Shown: piece by piece, positions 41,963 through 52,825 of the stretch
Layout of the letters: the number at the start of each line of letters is the position of its first letter
Numbering within the stretch: the stretch's first letter is position 1
NCBI GenBank assembly: GCA_944393695.1
Contig: CALYAY010000002.1
Location: 46,244 to 110,243 of the forward strand
Reading direction: 5' to 3'
DNA: 64,000 bases
From: an uncultured Alphaproteobacteria bacterium
GTDB taxonomy: Bacteria > Pseudomonadota > Alphaproteobacteria > RF32 > CAG-239
Program-made: the position numbers and the translations under genes
Notes under the pieces: model-generated
Database searches by the model: none
What the model saw: the letters and a program-made list of their open reading frames with translations, nothing else
Told to the model about the DNA's origin: nothing

Positions 41963-43216
41963 GTGACACATTCATTTAACCGTCTGACCACCATTGCCGC
42001 TCTGGATATCGGTTCATCCAAAGTTTGCTGCATCATTGCCAAAATCAGCCGGGACAAACGAATCAATGTTGTCGGTTATGGTTATAACGCTTCCAAAGGC
42101 ATAAAAAACGGCGTTATCACCGATCTCAACCAGGCCACGCTTTCTGTCTGCAATGCCGTAGAAACCGCCGAACAAATGGCCAACGAACGCATCGACCGGG
42201 TTATTGTGAATATTTCCGGCGATAAAATCAAAAGCGTTATCAAAAGTGCCTCTATTTCGCTGAACAAAAACCACCCCGTCAATGAAAACGACATAAACAA
42301 AGTCATCAGCAAAGGCATCAACAAAATTAACGTTGAAGGCAATGAGCTGATTCACTGCCTGCCCATGAGCTACCGCTGCGACCGGGGAGAAGAAATCAAA
42401 GATCCGCGCAACATTTTCGGCGAAGAACTTTCCGTTGACATTCTGCTGGGACTTATCCCCGACAACATGTTCAAAAACATCGGAACCGTTATCGAAAACG
42501 CCCATCTTGAAATTGCCGAAAAAGCCTTCACGGCTTATGCCTCCGGCCTTTCCTGCCTGGTTGAAGACGAAATGGAACTCGGCGCCACGGTCATTGACAT
42601 CGGCGGCGGCACCACCAGCATCTGTTCGTTTAAGCACGGCCATCCCACTTATTTTTCGGCGCTTCCCGTCGGCGGCAACAATGTCACCAACGATATTGCT
42701 TGGGGACTGACCACTTCGACAACTCATGCCGAACGTCTTAAAACCCTTCATGGCTGTGCTTTTCTCACCAGCAAAGACAAGGAAGAAACCATCAACGTTT
42801 ATCCCGTGGGCGAAGAAGACGACAGTTCCATCAAACAGGTTCCCAAAGCCGAACTCATCAGCATTATCACGCCCCGCATTGAAGAAATCTTTGAGCTTGT
42901 TAATCACAAACTTGAAAAACATGGTCTCCGTGGCATATCCAGCCACCGTATTGTCCTGACTGGCGGCGGCAGCTGCTTGTCCGGAATCCGCGATGTTGCT
43001 TCCATGGTGCTCGACAAACAGGTACGCCTCGGCCGCCCGCGCAACATGCTTAACCTGCCGGACAATCTGTGCAATCCGGCTTTTTCAACGGCTGTCGGAT
43101 TACTGCTGTTTGCCCTGAACTATACCGAAAAGAAACCCGGCAAAATCATTAATAAGCCAACACGCTCGACAACCGGACTGGGGCATATTTTCGGCTGGAT
43201 GAAGCAAAATTTCTGA
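41963..43216 (+). CDS. ftsA: cell division protein FtsA (GTG start)
   Basis: Actin-like ATPase (ALDIGSSKV...). The GTG at 41963 follows an AGGAAG SD and the ftsQ stop. The ORF-track start at 41891 overlaps ftsQ. Confidence 0.8.
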   Translation: MTHSFNRLTTIAALDIGSSKVCCIIAKISRDKRINVVGYGYNASKGIKNGVITDLNQATLSVCNAVETAEQMANERIDRVIVNISGDKIKSVIKSASISLNKNHPVNENDINKVISKGINKINVEGNELIHCLPMSYRCDRGEEIKDPRNIFGEELSVDILLGLIPDNMFKNIGTVIENAHLEIAEKAFTAYASGLSCLVEDEMELGATVIDIGGGTTSICSFKHGHPTYFSALPVGGNNVTNDIAWGLTTSTTHAERLKTLHGCAFLTSKDKEETINVYPVGEEDDSSIKQVPKAELISIITPRIEEIFELVNHKLEKHGLRGISSHRIVLTGGGSCLSGIRDVASMVLDKQVRLGRPRNMLNLPDNLCNPAFSTAVGLLLFALNYTEKKPGKIINKPTRSTTGLGHIFGWMKQNF

Positions 43217-43259
43217 TAACAAAAAGGCCGGGGGAATAATCTTCCCTCAGCCCTTTTTT

Positions 43260-43817
43260 TTATTCTCCCTCCAGATACATCACCGGCCGGACATGACATA
43301 ATTCTCCGCCGCCGTAAATGTCCGAGGAAGCGTTGTCAAAACCAATAATCCATGGTGCAATACCCGGTCCTCTTTTTCCGCTTGCAGTATCGGCCCAATA
43401 ACCTTTATGGTCTGTTTTTATAGCCACCAAGGGTTTCCCGCCGACACTTTCCAGCTTTTGATTCAGAGCCTCAAAATAAGGTGCAACCTTTTGCTCCAAA
43501 CCGGCACGTGGCAAGGTAGTTGCTCTTCCTGCAATTTCAACCTTACGGCAATAATCACAGGCCCGGTCAAAATTCATCAGAGTATCAGCATCCTTCAGTG
43601 CAAAAACCACCAGGCCGCAGCGCACTCCTTCAATTTTTCCGTTCTCTCCGCGATAAGGCTCAATCAATTTTCCGAGGTCAACATTTTTTTCTTCGTTTTT
43701 GGGTTCTTTGAACTGTACTTTTGTCACAGTTTTCTTTCCGAACTTTTCAAACAATCTGTCGGCAAACACTCCGGCAACAAAAGAGACAAAGCTGGTAAAC
43801 AAAATTTTTTTATCCAT
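43260..43817 (-). CDS. Secreted/anchored single-domain DUF1566/Lcl-C-like protein
   Basis: 185 aa. N-terminal hydrophobic anchor. C-terminus TLPRAGLEQ...YWADT...APWIIGFDN...CHVRPV is homologous to the VRPV(I/L)EF-ending domains at 3822 and 49130. Lies on the opposite strand between ftsA and ftsZ. Confidence 0.55.
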   Translation of the reverse strand: MDKKILFTSFVSFVAGVFADRLFEKFGKKTVTKVQFKEPKNEEKNVDLGKLIEPYRGENGKIEGVRCGLVVFALKDADTLMNFDRACDYCRKVEIAGRATTLPRAGLEQKVAPYFEALNQKLESVGGKPLVAIKTDHKGYWADTASGKRGPGIAPWIIGFDNASSDIYGGGELCHVRPVMYLEGE

Positions 43818-43980
43818 AATTGTACAATTTAATAATAAAACGATACAGTCGGTATACTCGCTGTTAACATTTTTGTCAACTCAAAAAACTCTCAAAAAAA
43901 TCCCTTCGCTAACCATTGCTTAATCAATTTTTTTTATACTGAACCCAATCAAAAAAGACCTATTTGGGAGAAGAATAATA

Positions 43981-45672
43981 ATGTCAATAAAATTAGCCGT
44001 TCCGGAAACAAGCATAACCCACCTGAAACCGCGCATCTCCGTTATCGGAGTCGGCGGCGGCGGCGGTAATGCCGTCAACAACATGATTGCCCAAAATCTG
44101 GAAGGAGTCGATTTTATTGTAGCCAACACCGATTCTCAGGCTTTGGCTCATTCTTCGGCCAGCCGCAAAATTCAACTCGGCCTTCAAACCACACAGGGAC
44201 TGGGAGCCGGCGCTCGTCCGGAAGTAGGCAAAATGGCAGCGGAAGAAGCCAAAGAAGAGATCGAAAAAGAGCTTGAAGGCGCCAACATGGTCTTTATCAC
44301 TGCCGGCATGGGCGGCGGCACAGGCTCCGGTGCGGCTCCCGTGGTGGCCAAACTGGCCAAGGAAAAAGGCATTCTGACCATCGGCGTTGTCACCAAACCA
44401 TTTCAGTTCGAGGGCCGCAAACGCATGGAAACTGCCGAAACCGCGGTTGAAGAATTTACCAAATCCGTCGACAGTATCATCATCATCCCCAACCAGAATC
44501 TGTTTCGCATTGCCGACAAAAACACCACTCTGGCCGATGCCTTTGTCATGGCGGACAATGTTTTGTATTCCGGCGTCCGCTCCATTACCGACCTGATGAT
44601 GATGCCCGGCCTGATAAACCTTGACTTTGCCGACATCAAATCTATCATGCAGGATAAAGGCAAAGCCATCATGGGCACCGGCGAGGCCGAAGGCGACGAA
44701 CGCGCCGTTAAAGCCGCCGAACAAGCTCTGTCCAATCCGCTGCTGGATGACTGCAATATGCACGGTGCCAAGGGTGTTTTGATTAACATCACCGGCGGCT
44801 CCGATATTACCCTTTTTGAAATCGACGAAGCTGCCAGCCGCATTAAGGAAGAAGTTGACGAAGAAGCCAACATCATTTTCGGTTCCAGCTTCGATGAAAC
44901 GCTTAAAGGCAAGATTCGCGTTTCCATTGTTGCCACCGGTATCGGTGATGCCGGCAAAAAGCAACAACCCCAGCCGCCGCGTGCGGCCAAAGTCGCCAGC
45001 TATATTGAACAAAGTTACAATATTGCCGGAGCGGAAAAAACAGCTGTCGCTTCTGCTGACGCCGAAATGGATTCCGATCTTGAAAAATTTTCGGCCACCA
45101 AACCGGCCGAACGGGAAGAAACCGTTTCTGTCATTGCAACCGAAACTTTTTCTGCTCCCGACTTGAACCAGACTGAACCCACGGCCGTTTCCGACACTCC
45201 TGCCGAAGAAAAAATTGAAGAATTCAATAATTTTGATGCTTCTTCGGTCATGTCTGAAATGCCCAAAGCTTCCTCTTTGTTCAAGGCTATTATTAACAAC
45301 AAACCGGAAGACGCCAGCGTCAGCGCCCAGCTTGAAACCGCCCTGTCTTCCAATGAAAACGTCTTCACGGCCAAAAGCACTGTTCGCACCGTTGAAGAAG
45401 AACCCGAATTATTTCCCAATCAGACGCCGCCTGCCTTCACGGCAAGACCGGCCGAAGAACCCGAAAAACTGATTGTCGAAGATGACGACGAAGAATACAC
45501 GCCGACGCTGATTGAACGCGTCACCGGCTTCTCCATTGCCAAGCGTAACCGCAAAAAGAAAGAAGCCGCCGAACGTTATGAGCAGATTGCTCCGTCTTTT
45601 TCATCTGACGGCAACGGCACCGATGACGAACGGATGAATCTGGAGATTCCGTCTTTTCTGCGCCGGCGCTAA
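43981..45672 (+). CDS. ftsZ: cell division GTPase FtsZ (long C-terminal linker)
   Basis: 563 aa, [26 protein letters not shown] tubulin signature. Long disordered linker as in alphaproteobacteria. Confidence 0.97.
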   Translation: MSIKLAVPETSITHLKPRISVIGVGGGGGNAVNNMIAQNLEGVDFIVANTDSQALAHSSASRKIQLGLQTTQGLGAGARPEVGKMAAEEAKEEIEKELEGANMVFITAGMGGGTGSGAAPVVAKLAKEKGILTIGVVTKPFQFEGRKRMETAETAVEEFTKSVDSIIIIPNQNLFRIADKNTTLADAFVMADNVLYSGVRSITDLMMMPGLINLDFADIKSIMQDKGKAIMGTGEAEGDERAVKAAEQALSNPLLDDCNMHGAKGVLINITGGSDITLFEIDEAASRIKEEVDEEANIIFGSSFDETLKGKIRVSIVATGIGDAGKKQQPQPPRAAKVASYIEQSYNIAGAEKTAVASADAEMDSDLEKFSATKPAEREETVSVIATETFSAPDLNQTEPTAVSDTPAEEKIEEFNNFDASSVMSEMPKASSLFKAIINNKPEDASVSAQLETALSSNENVFTAKSTVRTVEEEPELFPNQTPPAFTARPAEEPEKLIVEDDDEEYTPTLIERVTGFSIAKRNRKKKEAAERYEQIAPSFSSDGNGTDDERMNLEIPSFLRRR

Positions 45673-46125
45673 AAAAACGTACTATTATCCTGACACCAAA
45701 GGTTCCGTGTTTTCGGAACCTTTTCTTTTTCCGGACACAAAAAAAGGTTTCCTTTTGAGGGGAAACCTGAGAGAGTTTTTTGCTGATTAACAAGTTAAAA
45801 AACCTCCTTCATCCAACATGTCTGGTATCAGTTCTTCACCGGCAGCCATGTTCATAATAAGTTCTTCAACCATTGAATAATTTTCATCAGCATAAATTTT
45901 TTTTGTTTCCATATATTTATTTTTTTTAGTTAATAATAATTCTGCTCTAAAGCAACTATGAAAACATTTTTTGATGTTTCTGAATAATTGCTATAATAAT
46001 TTCTTTATGATTTTAATATAGCACATTTCGCGTCTCCCGCCAACAACAATTATATGAACTTTTTGTTACAGACATAAAAAAACACCGCCGGGCCGCAAAG
46101 CCGGGCAGTGTTCTTTAATTTGCTG

Positions 46126-46821
46126 CTAACGCACAGGAGTGGGCGGAATATATCTCAGGTTTTCATCCTTCCAGTTCACCGACCCGGTGCTTTGGTGCCA
46201 ATAAACCACTTTCGGATGCATATTTGGCAGATGTTTGTCGGTCTTATACAAGGGCGGATATATCACATGCGGATAATAGCCATTCTTGATGCCTTCCATT
46301 ATGAAATACACAATTTCCGGCAGATAATTCTCCACCCCGGTAACTGCCTCGCCATATTTAAAATACACTTCCGGAATTTCATACAAATACAAACAGGCAA
46401 AACCGTTCCCATATGCATGATACCATTCGGCAAACGGAAAATTCTTATGCATATTCTCAGGAATAAATGCTTCAATTTCCCCTGTCGGAAAAACGGCACA
46501 CCATGAAAACTTCGCCGGACAATATCTCCCCGTCAGCAAACGGCAAATCTGATTTAAAGAATAAAAGCGGCAATCCTCTGCATTATCGCACAAAATAAAC
46601 GAATTCATCTGTTCATACGTACAGATATAGATTTCCACCATTTCCCTCAAATCTTTGATTTTTTCGCCTGGATTGGAAATTTCCAAAGCTTCCAAAGACT
46701 TCTCTCGCAAATCAAAAAATATAACCGGACCTTTGCCGCTATACTCTGATTTCTCGACAACTCTCAAAAACTCCACCCTCAAAAGGGCGTACAGCTCCTT
46801 AAATCTTTCTAATGTATCCAT
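46126..46821 (-). CDS. hypothetical protein (231 aa), unrecognised, Tyr/aromatic-rich
   Basis: Complete ORF, no recognisable motifs. Confidence 0.45.
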   Translation of the reverse strand: MDTLERFKELYALLRVEFLRVVEKSEYSGKGPVIFFDLREKSLEALEISNPGEKIKDLREMVEIYICTYEQMNSFILCDNAEDCRFYSLNQICRLLTGRYCPAKFSWCAVFPTGEIEAFIPENMHKNFPFAEWYHAYGNGFACLYLYEIPEVYFKYGEAVTGVENYLPEIVYFIMEGIKNGYYPHVIYPPLYKTDKHLPNMHPKVVYWHQSTGSVNWKDENLRYIPPTPVR

Positions 46822-46953
46822 TTGAAAAATTTTTTATGGTTAATAAATAATAAAAAAATAATAAGTCTCTAATCAGATTAATATAATTTTCAAACTTTAA
46901 AATCAAGATATTTTAACCCCCGCGGCCAAAATTTATACGCATAACTGCCCGCA

Positions 46954-46989
46954 AAAAAAGCATTCCGAAGAAGGAATGCTTTTTTTTCT
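46954..46989 (-). terminator. Rho-independent terminator after the M20 peptidase gene
   Basis: AAAAAAAGCATTCCGAAGAAGGAATGCTTTTTTTTT (symmetric). Confidence 0.6.
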
Positions 46990-47006
46990 GTCGATAAAAG
47001 CCGGGC

Positions 47007-48122
47007 TTACCTGACCAAATCGGCGGCCAGCTTATCCAAAAAGCGAATCTGGATTTCCGCCAGTTTTTTTACGCTTTCCACTTCCACATATTCGCCCTTG
47101 GCATGCATGCCCTCGCCGCTGCCCGAATGCATAATCACAATCGACCCGCGCACGGCAAAAGCCCGGGAATCGGTCGCTCCGCCGATATGCTCAAATTCAA
47201 TTTTCTGCCCCAGAATTTCTTCGGCAAAATGCTTGTAATCCAAAATATGCGGATTATCTTCCGCCATCACCACCGGTGTGCTCTCCGACACGATTTTATA
47301 GCTCACCCCCGGCACCATGCAACCGTCCAGATTCTTCCGCAGTTCCGCCACGCTTGAATTTTCCGTCAGCCGGAAGTCAAGCAGCGCCTCGGCATGATTG
47401 GAAATCACGTTGGCAACATCCCCGCCCTCGATTCTGGCAAAATGCACCGTATCAAACCAGGTATCTTTGGGTTGCGGCAGTTCCTTGGAATAATAAGGAT
47501 AAATCCGGCGGATTTTTTCCCAGGTCTGCATCAGTTTTTCGTTGGCATCAATCCCTTCCCACGGTGTCGAGCCGTGAGCTTCCTTGCCCTCGGAAATAAT
47601 TTTGACAAACACCGGATTCTTACACTTACTGACGATTTTCAAAATATCACCGCCCACATCATTATCCAGCACAATTTTAGCCCGCAGCTCGGGATGAGCT
47701 TCCATAAAGGCATGTGTGCTGGCGCTTCCTTTTTCCTCGTCGGTAGAAAGAATCACCGCAAATTTCAACGGCAGTTTTTTCTCCAGCACATGAAACATCG
47801 AATTAAAGGCCACCGCCGCAAACGACTTCATATCCAGCGTGCCGCGCCCGAACATTTTACCGTCTTTGATATAAGGCTCAAACATTTCGTCTTCCGCCGG
47901 CACCACATCCAGATGCCCCAGACACAAAACATCATATTCATTGCTGTCCGCATTACGCACAAACAACACCGGTGAAGCCTTTTCACTGCGAAAAATGCTC
48001 ACTTCCGCCCCGCTCCCGGCAAACAGCTTCTCCGCATAAGCCAGACATTTGTCAATCTCGGCAGCGTTTCCCGTTTCTGTCCGAAAACGGATTAAATCCT
48101 CGCTTACTTTAATCAAATCCAT
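47007..48122 (-). CDS. M20 family metallopeptidase (ArgE/DapE-like deacylase)
   Basis: 371 aa. LGHLDVVP, GRGTLDMK and metal-binding His/Asp/Glu pattern of M20 enzymes. Confidence 0.75.
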   Translation of the reverse strand: MDLIKVSEDLIRFRTETGNAAEIDKCLAYAEKLFAGSGAEVSIFRSEKASPVLFVRNADSNEYDVLCLGHLDVVPAEDEMFEPYIKDGKMFGRGTLDMKSFAAVAFNSMFHVLEKKLPLKFAVILSTDEEKGSASTHAFMEAHPELRAKIVLDNDVGGDILKIVSKCKNPVFVKIISEGKEAHGSTPWEGIDANEKLMQTWEKIRRIYPYYSKELPQPKDTWFDTVHFARIEGGDVANVISNHAEALLDFRLTENSSVAELRKNLDGCMVPGVSYKIVSESTPVVMAEDNPHILDYKHFAEEILGQKIEFEHIGGATDSRAFAVRGSIVIMHSGSGEGMHAKGEYVEVESVKKLAEIQIRFLDKLAADLVR

Positions 48123-48219
48123 TTTTCATTTTCCTTTTTTACGCTTTTTTCACTATCTGTGAATATTATTAAAATCAAATCAATAAAAAATAATTAAAAA
48201 GGATTGAGGGGAATATACA

Positions 48220-48723
48220 ATGAAAATGTTCTTAACAGCCATATTCGGCTTATTTCTTTTTATAGGCACCGCCAGGGCCGAACAGTCCGACGGCAGTGAA
48301 ACCGGCCTGGCTCTGCCGCGCATGGTTTCCCTGCGTTCAAATCTGATTAATGCCCGGTCCGGTCCCGGCGCGCGTTATCCGATTGAATGGGTCTATCAGC
48401 AAAAAACCGCCCCGGTGGAAATTATTGCCGAATTTGAACTCTGGCGCAAAATCAAAGACTGGGAAGGCTCGGAATCCTGGGTGCACAAAACCATGCTCTC
48501 CGGCCAGCGCACCATCAAGATGACAGCCAAAGGCGAAAGCAACATATACAACAAAGATGATTACAAATCTCAGGTCATTGCCAAAGTTGAAGACGGAGTT
48601 GTCGGGCTGATCAAAAAATGTTCGTCCGGCAGCGAATTCTGCCTGATTCAGTTTGACAATGTTGAAGGCTGGGTTCCCCGCCGCAATTTCTTCGGCACCT
48701 ACCCTGACGAAGCAATCAATTAA
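48220..48723 (+). CDS. SH3 domain-containing periplasmic protein
   Basis: Signal peptide plus a ~60-aa bacterial SH3-like segment (LRSNLINARSGPGARYPIEWVYQQK). Common small alphaproteobacterial protein. Confidence 0.6.
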   Translation: MKMFLTAIFGLFLFIGTARAEQSDGSETGLALPRMVSLRSNLINARSGPGARYPIEWVYQQKTAPVEIIAEFELWRKIKDWEGSESWVHKTMLSGQRTIKMTAKGESNIYNKDDYKSQVIAKVEDGVVGLIKKCSSGSEFCLIQFDNVEGWVPRRNFFGTYPDEAIN

Positions 48724-48729
48724 CACATT

Positions 48730-49076
48730 CACAAGCCCGGCCTCCGGGCTTTTTTCTTTCCTCTCATCCCCATCCTCTTTTCCTCACCCTCCTTTCTTCA
48801 TGCCACCCTCAGTCTCTTCTCTTTTGTCATCCTCGGGTTAAACCCGAGGATCCAAGTAAAAAAATCATCCTTTTATCCTCCCCTAAAACATTAGCCCCCT
48901 AACTTATTCTCCCCCTATAGTTATAGGGGGAATTAGAGGGGGTATGGCAATGTCATCCCTCGTTCAGCGTCAGTCTGAACGTCAGGGGATCTTCCTTATT
49001 GCCCTCTCCCCTTTCAAAAGGGGAGCCGGTGGGGTCAAATATCAGCCGCTTTTCTCACCTCTCCTCTCAAGGGTGA
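48730..49076. repeat. Intergenic cluster of the same palindromic repeat family upstream of family copy B
   Basis: 48826-48853 is the CCTCGGG..CCCGAGG hairpin. 48951-49047 is near-identical to 61693-61788 (hairpins CGTTCAGCGTCAGTCTGAACG and CTCCCCTTTCAAAAGGGGAG). Also CCCCCTATAGTTATAGGGGG and CACCTCTCCTCTCAAGGGTGAGG. Confidence 0.8.
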
Positions 49077-49129
49077 GGATATAAGGAGAAACAAATATTA
49101 TTAACAACTAATATAAAAGGAGAAAGGTT
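49077..49129 (+). promoter_or_regulatory. Duplicated 5' leader/RBS region of the DUF1566-like genes (copy at 63395-63448)
   Basis: GGATATAAGGAGAAACAAATATTATTAACAACTAATATAAAAGGAGAAAGGTT then ATG. Near-identical at 63395-63448. Confidence 0.5.
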
Positions 49130-49945
49130 ATGAAGAAGATATTATTGGCGAGTGTCGGAATTATAATAAGCACAGGAACAACATATGCCGCGTGTATCCC
49201 GACGCCGAGTTGTTCAAGTTTGGGATATGAAAGCTCCTCATCCTGCGAGGGCGGGCTCAAATGTCCGTTCGGCAATGCCTGGAACTGCACTTTGGTAAAC
49301 AAAATTACTGAAATCACTACCGAGATAACCGAAATCAAAAAAGTGATTGAAGAAGGCGGTGTCGGAGGTGGTAATAAAAACTGCCAGATTGGAAACATCT
49401 ATTATTCTGACAAAACCTGTTCTGTATCTTTGGACAGTTCCAAAACCCCGATTGGCGTGGTGGTTTATGTCGATGGCCAGGGACATGGGCAAGTGATGGC
49501 GTTGAAGTCAATAGGTAAGAATCAATGGGGATCAACGAATGTTGATATTCCGACCTTGACTAACTTTAGCAGTGATGAAAGTGCGAGTTACGATTTGAGC
49601 AGCTGTGCTAATACCCAGAAGATTATGACAGCCGGTGATAAGAGTACTTATCCGGCGGCTTGGGCGGCACACGAGTATAAAACCGAGGGAACGGAAGCCG
49701 GTGACTGGTGCCTGCCAGCAGCCGGTGTATTTACTTCATACTACAATAATCAACAGTTGGTTAATATCGGTATGACGAACGCCGGAGGCACTCAGATAGG
49801 TGAGTATACCTATATCTGGTCGTCTTCCGAATGCGGTAGCGGCAACGTGTGGACCTCGGATTTCCGCCACGACTACGGGGTGAGCGACGGCTATGGCAGT
49901 AAGCTTAGCAGAGGCAACGAGGTTCGACCGGTGCTGGAATTTTAA
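49130..49945 (+). CDS. Secreted DUF1566/Lcl-C-like protein (family copy B)
   Basis: 271 aa. Signal peptide, short Cys-rich N-terminus, C-terminus DWCLPAAGVF...IWSSSE...EVRPVLEF. 5' region and upstream 53 bp nearly identical to the gene at 63449. Confidence 0.7.
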   Translation: MKKILLASVGIIISTGTTYAACIPTPSCSSLGYESSSSCEGGLKCPFGNAWNCTLVNKITEITTEITEIKKVIEEGGVGGGNKNCQIGNIYYSDKTCSVSLDSSKTPIGVVVYVDGQGHGQVMALKSIGKNQWGSTNVDIPTLTNFSSDESASYDLSSCANTQKIMTAGDKSTYPAAWAAHEYKTEGTEAGDWCLPAAGVFTSYYNNQQLVNIGMTNAGGTQIGEYTYIWSSSECGSGNVWTSDFRHDYGVSDGYGSKLSRGNEVRPVLEF

Positions 49946-49986
49946 TCAAGAAATCCCGGAAATGAAACCCGGGATTTTTTTTATCA

Positions 49987-50424
49987 TTACAACTCCTTCA
50001 CCATCCGGGCAAAGGTAATACCGCTTTCCTCAAAAATATCGCCTTCCTGATGAAAACCAAGCTTTTCATAAAAACCGACCACTGACAGCATCGCATGCAT
50101 CACCAGCCGTGAATATCCGGCTTCTTTGGCGCGTTTTTCAGCATATTTCACCAGCTCATGGCCCACGCCCTCTCTTTGATATTCCGGTTCAACCGCCACC
50201 TGCATCATCCGGATTTCCTCATTATCGACCGGCGCCAAAATCAACCCGCCCAACAGCTTGTCATCCAGCTGCTCCACACAGCCGATATGCAGATACCCGG
50301 CTTCTTTGGGACGATGCATATCCAAAAACTTCAACCCCAGGGGTTCCAGAAGAACTTTATAACGCAGCTCAACCAGCTCGTCATACCGCGACGATCCAAA
50401 CGTAATATCAACCATTTTTCTCAT
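49987..50424 (-). CDS. GNAT family N-acetyltransferase
   Basis: 145 aa with an acetyl-CoA binding motif (QVAVEPEYQREGVGHELV). Confidence 0.8.
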   Translation of the reverse strand: MRKMVDITFGSSRYDELVELRYKVLLEPLGLKFLDMHRPKEAGYLHIGCVEQLDDKLLGGLILAPVDNEEIRMMQVAVEPEYQREGVGHELVKYAEKRAKEAGYSRLVMHAMLSVVGFYEKLGFHQEGDIFEESGITFARMVKEL

Positions 50425-50581
50425 TGCTGCCCCCTTTGCCTGCTCTCCATAACTTTATACTTAACAGTTATAACACAAAATTACCCCGCCCTCAACATTT
50501 TTATCATAACATTTATATTGCCTTAAAAATTTTTTTCATTTATTTATAAATTCATCAAAAGAAACAAAGGAAAAAAACAAT

Positions 50582-52387
50582 ATGGGAACCGACTTAAGCT
50601 TAATCCGCAACTTTGCCATCATCGCCCACATCGACCATGGCAAATCCACTCTTGCCGATCGTATCATCGAATATTGCGGCGGCCTTGAACGGCGCGAAAT
50701 GCAGGAACAGGTTCTCGACTCGATGGACATTGAGCGTGAACGCGGCATCACCATCAAGGCCCAGACCGTCCGCCTCAACTATCATGCGAAAGACGGCAAA
50801 ACCTATCAGCTGAATCTGATAGACACGCCCGGCCATGTTGACTTTTCTTATGAAGTTTCGCGTTCTCTGGCCGCCTGCGAAGGCTCTGTTCTGGTTGTTG
50901 ACGCCACCCAAGGTGTTGAAGCCCAAACCCTGGCCAATGTTTACCTGGCGCTCAATGCCGACAATGAAATTCTGCCGGTTCTAAACAAAATCGACCTCCC
51001 CTCGGCCGAGCCCGAACGGGTCAAAGCCCAGATTGAAGACGTTATCGGCGTTGACGCTTCGGATGCCATAGAAACCTCCGGCAAAACCGGTCTCGGGGTT
51101 GACCTCCTGCTGGAAGGCATTGTCAACCGCCTGCCCGCTCCGCAAGGCGACAAAGACGCCCCCTTAAAAGCCCTGTTGATTGACAGCTGGTATGACAGCT
51201 ACCTCGGTGTTGTCATTCTGGTACGTATCAAAGACGGCTCTTTAAGCAAAAAGCAGCAGATTCGCATGATGTCCAACAATGCTGTTTACACCATTGACCG
51301 GGTCGGTATCTTCACCCCCAAAATGCAGGACATCGACAGCCTCGGCCCCGGAGAAGTCGGCTTCATTACCGCCAGCATCAAAAGCGTCGGCGATTGCCAC
51401 GTTGGTGACACCATTACCGACAACCGCACCCCCTGCGCCGAGGCGCTGCCCGGCTTTAAGCCTTCGGTACCGGTTGTTTTCTGCTCTGTTTTTCCCGTAG
51501 ACAGCAGTGAATACGGCCTTTTGAAAGACGCTCTGGCAAAACTCAAGCTGAATGACGCCAGCATTGATTATCAAAACGAAAACTCCGCTGCTCTCGGCCT
51601 GGGCTTCCGCTGCGGTTTTCTCGGCCTGTTACACATGGAAATCATTCAGGAACGCCTGAGCCGCGAATTTGACCTCGACCTGATCACCACCGCGCCTTCC
51701 GTTGCCTATCACATCAATATGACCGACGGCAGTCAGATAACTTTGCACAATCCCGCCGATATGCCCGACATCACCAAAATCGCCGGCATCGAAGAACCCA
51801 TGGTACGCGCCACGATTCTTGTTCCCGACGAATATCTCGGCGGCGTGCTCAAACTCTGCACCGAGCGCCGCGGCGAACAGCTTGACCTGACTTATGCCGG
51901 CAACCGTGCCATGATTGTTTATAAAATCCCGCTGAATGAAATTGTATTTGATTTTTACGACCGGCTCAAATCCATTTCCAGCGGTTACGCCAGCTTTGAT
52001 TACGAACTTATCGGTTATGAAGTTTCCGACCTGGTAAAAGTCCAGATTCTGATTAATGAGGAACCGGTTGACGCCCTGGCCTTTCTCTGCCATCGTCAGG
52101 AAGCCGAAGCCCGCGGACGCCAGATATGCGAAAGACTGAAAGACCTGATTCCCAGACATCTGTTCAAAATTCCGCTGCAGGCCGCCATCGGTGGAAAAAT
52201 TGTCGCCCGCGAAACCATTTCCGCCCTCCGCAAAGATGTCACCGCCAAATGCTACGGCGGCGACGTTACCCGCAAGCGCAAGCTCCTTGACAAACAAAAG
52301 AAAGGCAAACAGCGCATGCGCCAGTTTGGCAAAGTAGAAGTACCGCAATCCGCATTCATCGAAGCCCTGCGCATCGGCGACAAATAA
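50582..52387 (+). CDS. lepA: elongation factor 4 (LepA)
   Basis: 601 aa, [21 protein letters not shown], and the LepA-specific C-terminal domain. Confidence 0.97.
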   Translation: MGTDLSLIRNFAIIAHIDHGKSTLADRIIEYCGGLERREMQEQVLDSMDIERERGITIKAQTVRLNYHAKDGKTYQLNLIDTPGHVDFSYEVSRSLAACEGSVLVVDATQGVEAQTLANVYLALNADNEILPVLNKIDLPSAEPERVKAQIEDVIGVDASDAIETSGKTGLGVDLLLEGIVNRLPAPQGDKDAPLKALLIDSWYDSYLGVVILVRIKDGSLSKKQQIRMMSNNAVYTIDRVGIFTPKMQDIDSLGPGEVGFITASIKSVGDCHVGDTITDNRTPCAEALPGFKPSVPVVFCSVFPVDSSEYGLLKDALAKLKLNDASIDYQNENSAALGLGFRCGFLGLLHMEIIQERLSREFDLDLITTAPSVAYHINMTDGSQITLHNPADMPDITKIAGIEEPMVRATILVPDEYLGGVLKLCTERRGEQLDLTYAGNRAMIVYKIPLNEIVFDFYDRLKSISSGYASFDYELIGYEVSDLVKVQILINEEPVDALAFLCHRQEAEARGRQICERLKDLIPRHLFKIPLQAAIGGKIVARETISALRKDVTAKCYGGDVTRKRKLLDKQKKGKQRMRQFGKVEVPQSAFIEALRIGDK

Positions 52388-52427
52388 CAAACCGGGCTGT
52401 CCCCAAACAGACAGCCCGAATCATAAA

Positions 52428-52646
52428 CTAATATGCCTTAATCATCTGCACATTGCACGCCATTTTTTTGCCCCGGTCATTACACAAATCAAACCCCACT
52501 TTCTGCCCGGGATGAAGATTTCGTATCTTGGTACGGTCAAAAGCCGTCACATAAACAAAAATGTCATCCTGCGTATCCTCCCGGGTAATAAAACCAAAAC
52601 CCATTTTAATGTCAAAATTTTTCACAATACCCGTATACATAGACAT
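52428..52646 (-). CDS. cspA: cold-shock domain protein
   Basis: 72 aa, GIVKNFDIKMGFGFI, the RNP1-like CSD motif. Confidence 0.85.
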   Translation of the reverse strand: MSMYTGIVKNFDIKMGFGFITREDTQDDIFVYVTAFDRTKIRNLHPGQKVGFDLCNDRGKKMACNVQMIKAY

Positions 52647-52825
52647 GACATTTCTCCTTCAACGTAAAAAAACAAGGCTGAAGAATAGCATCTGAACCTG
52701 AGAAAAAATCCCGACTGCTCAAACCTATTCCCTGTGACTTAGACCTGGTTTATTAGTCACGCTTAATATATATGAATTTGTTTGGCAAAAACCACCCTAT
52801 ACTTTTGGCTAGGTTTTCTCTGCTT

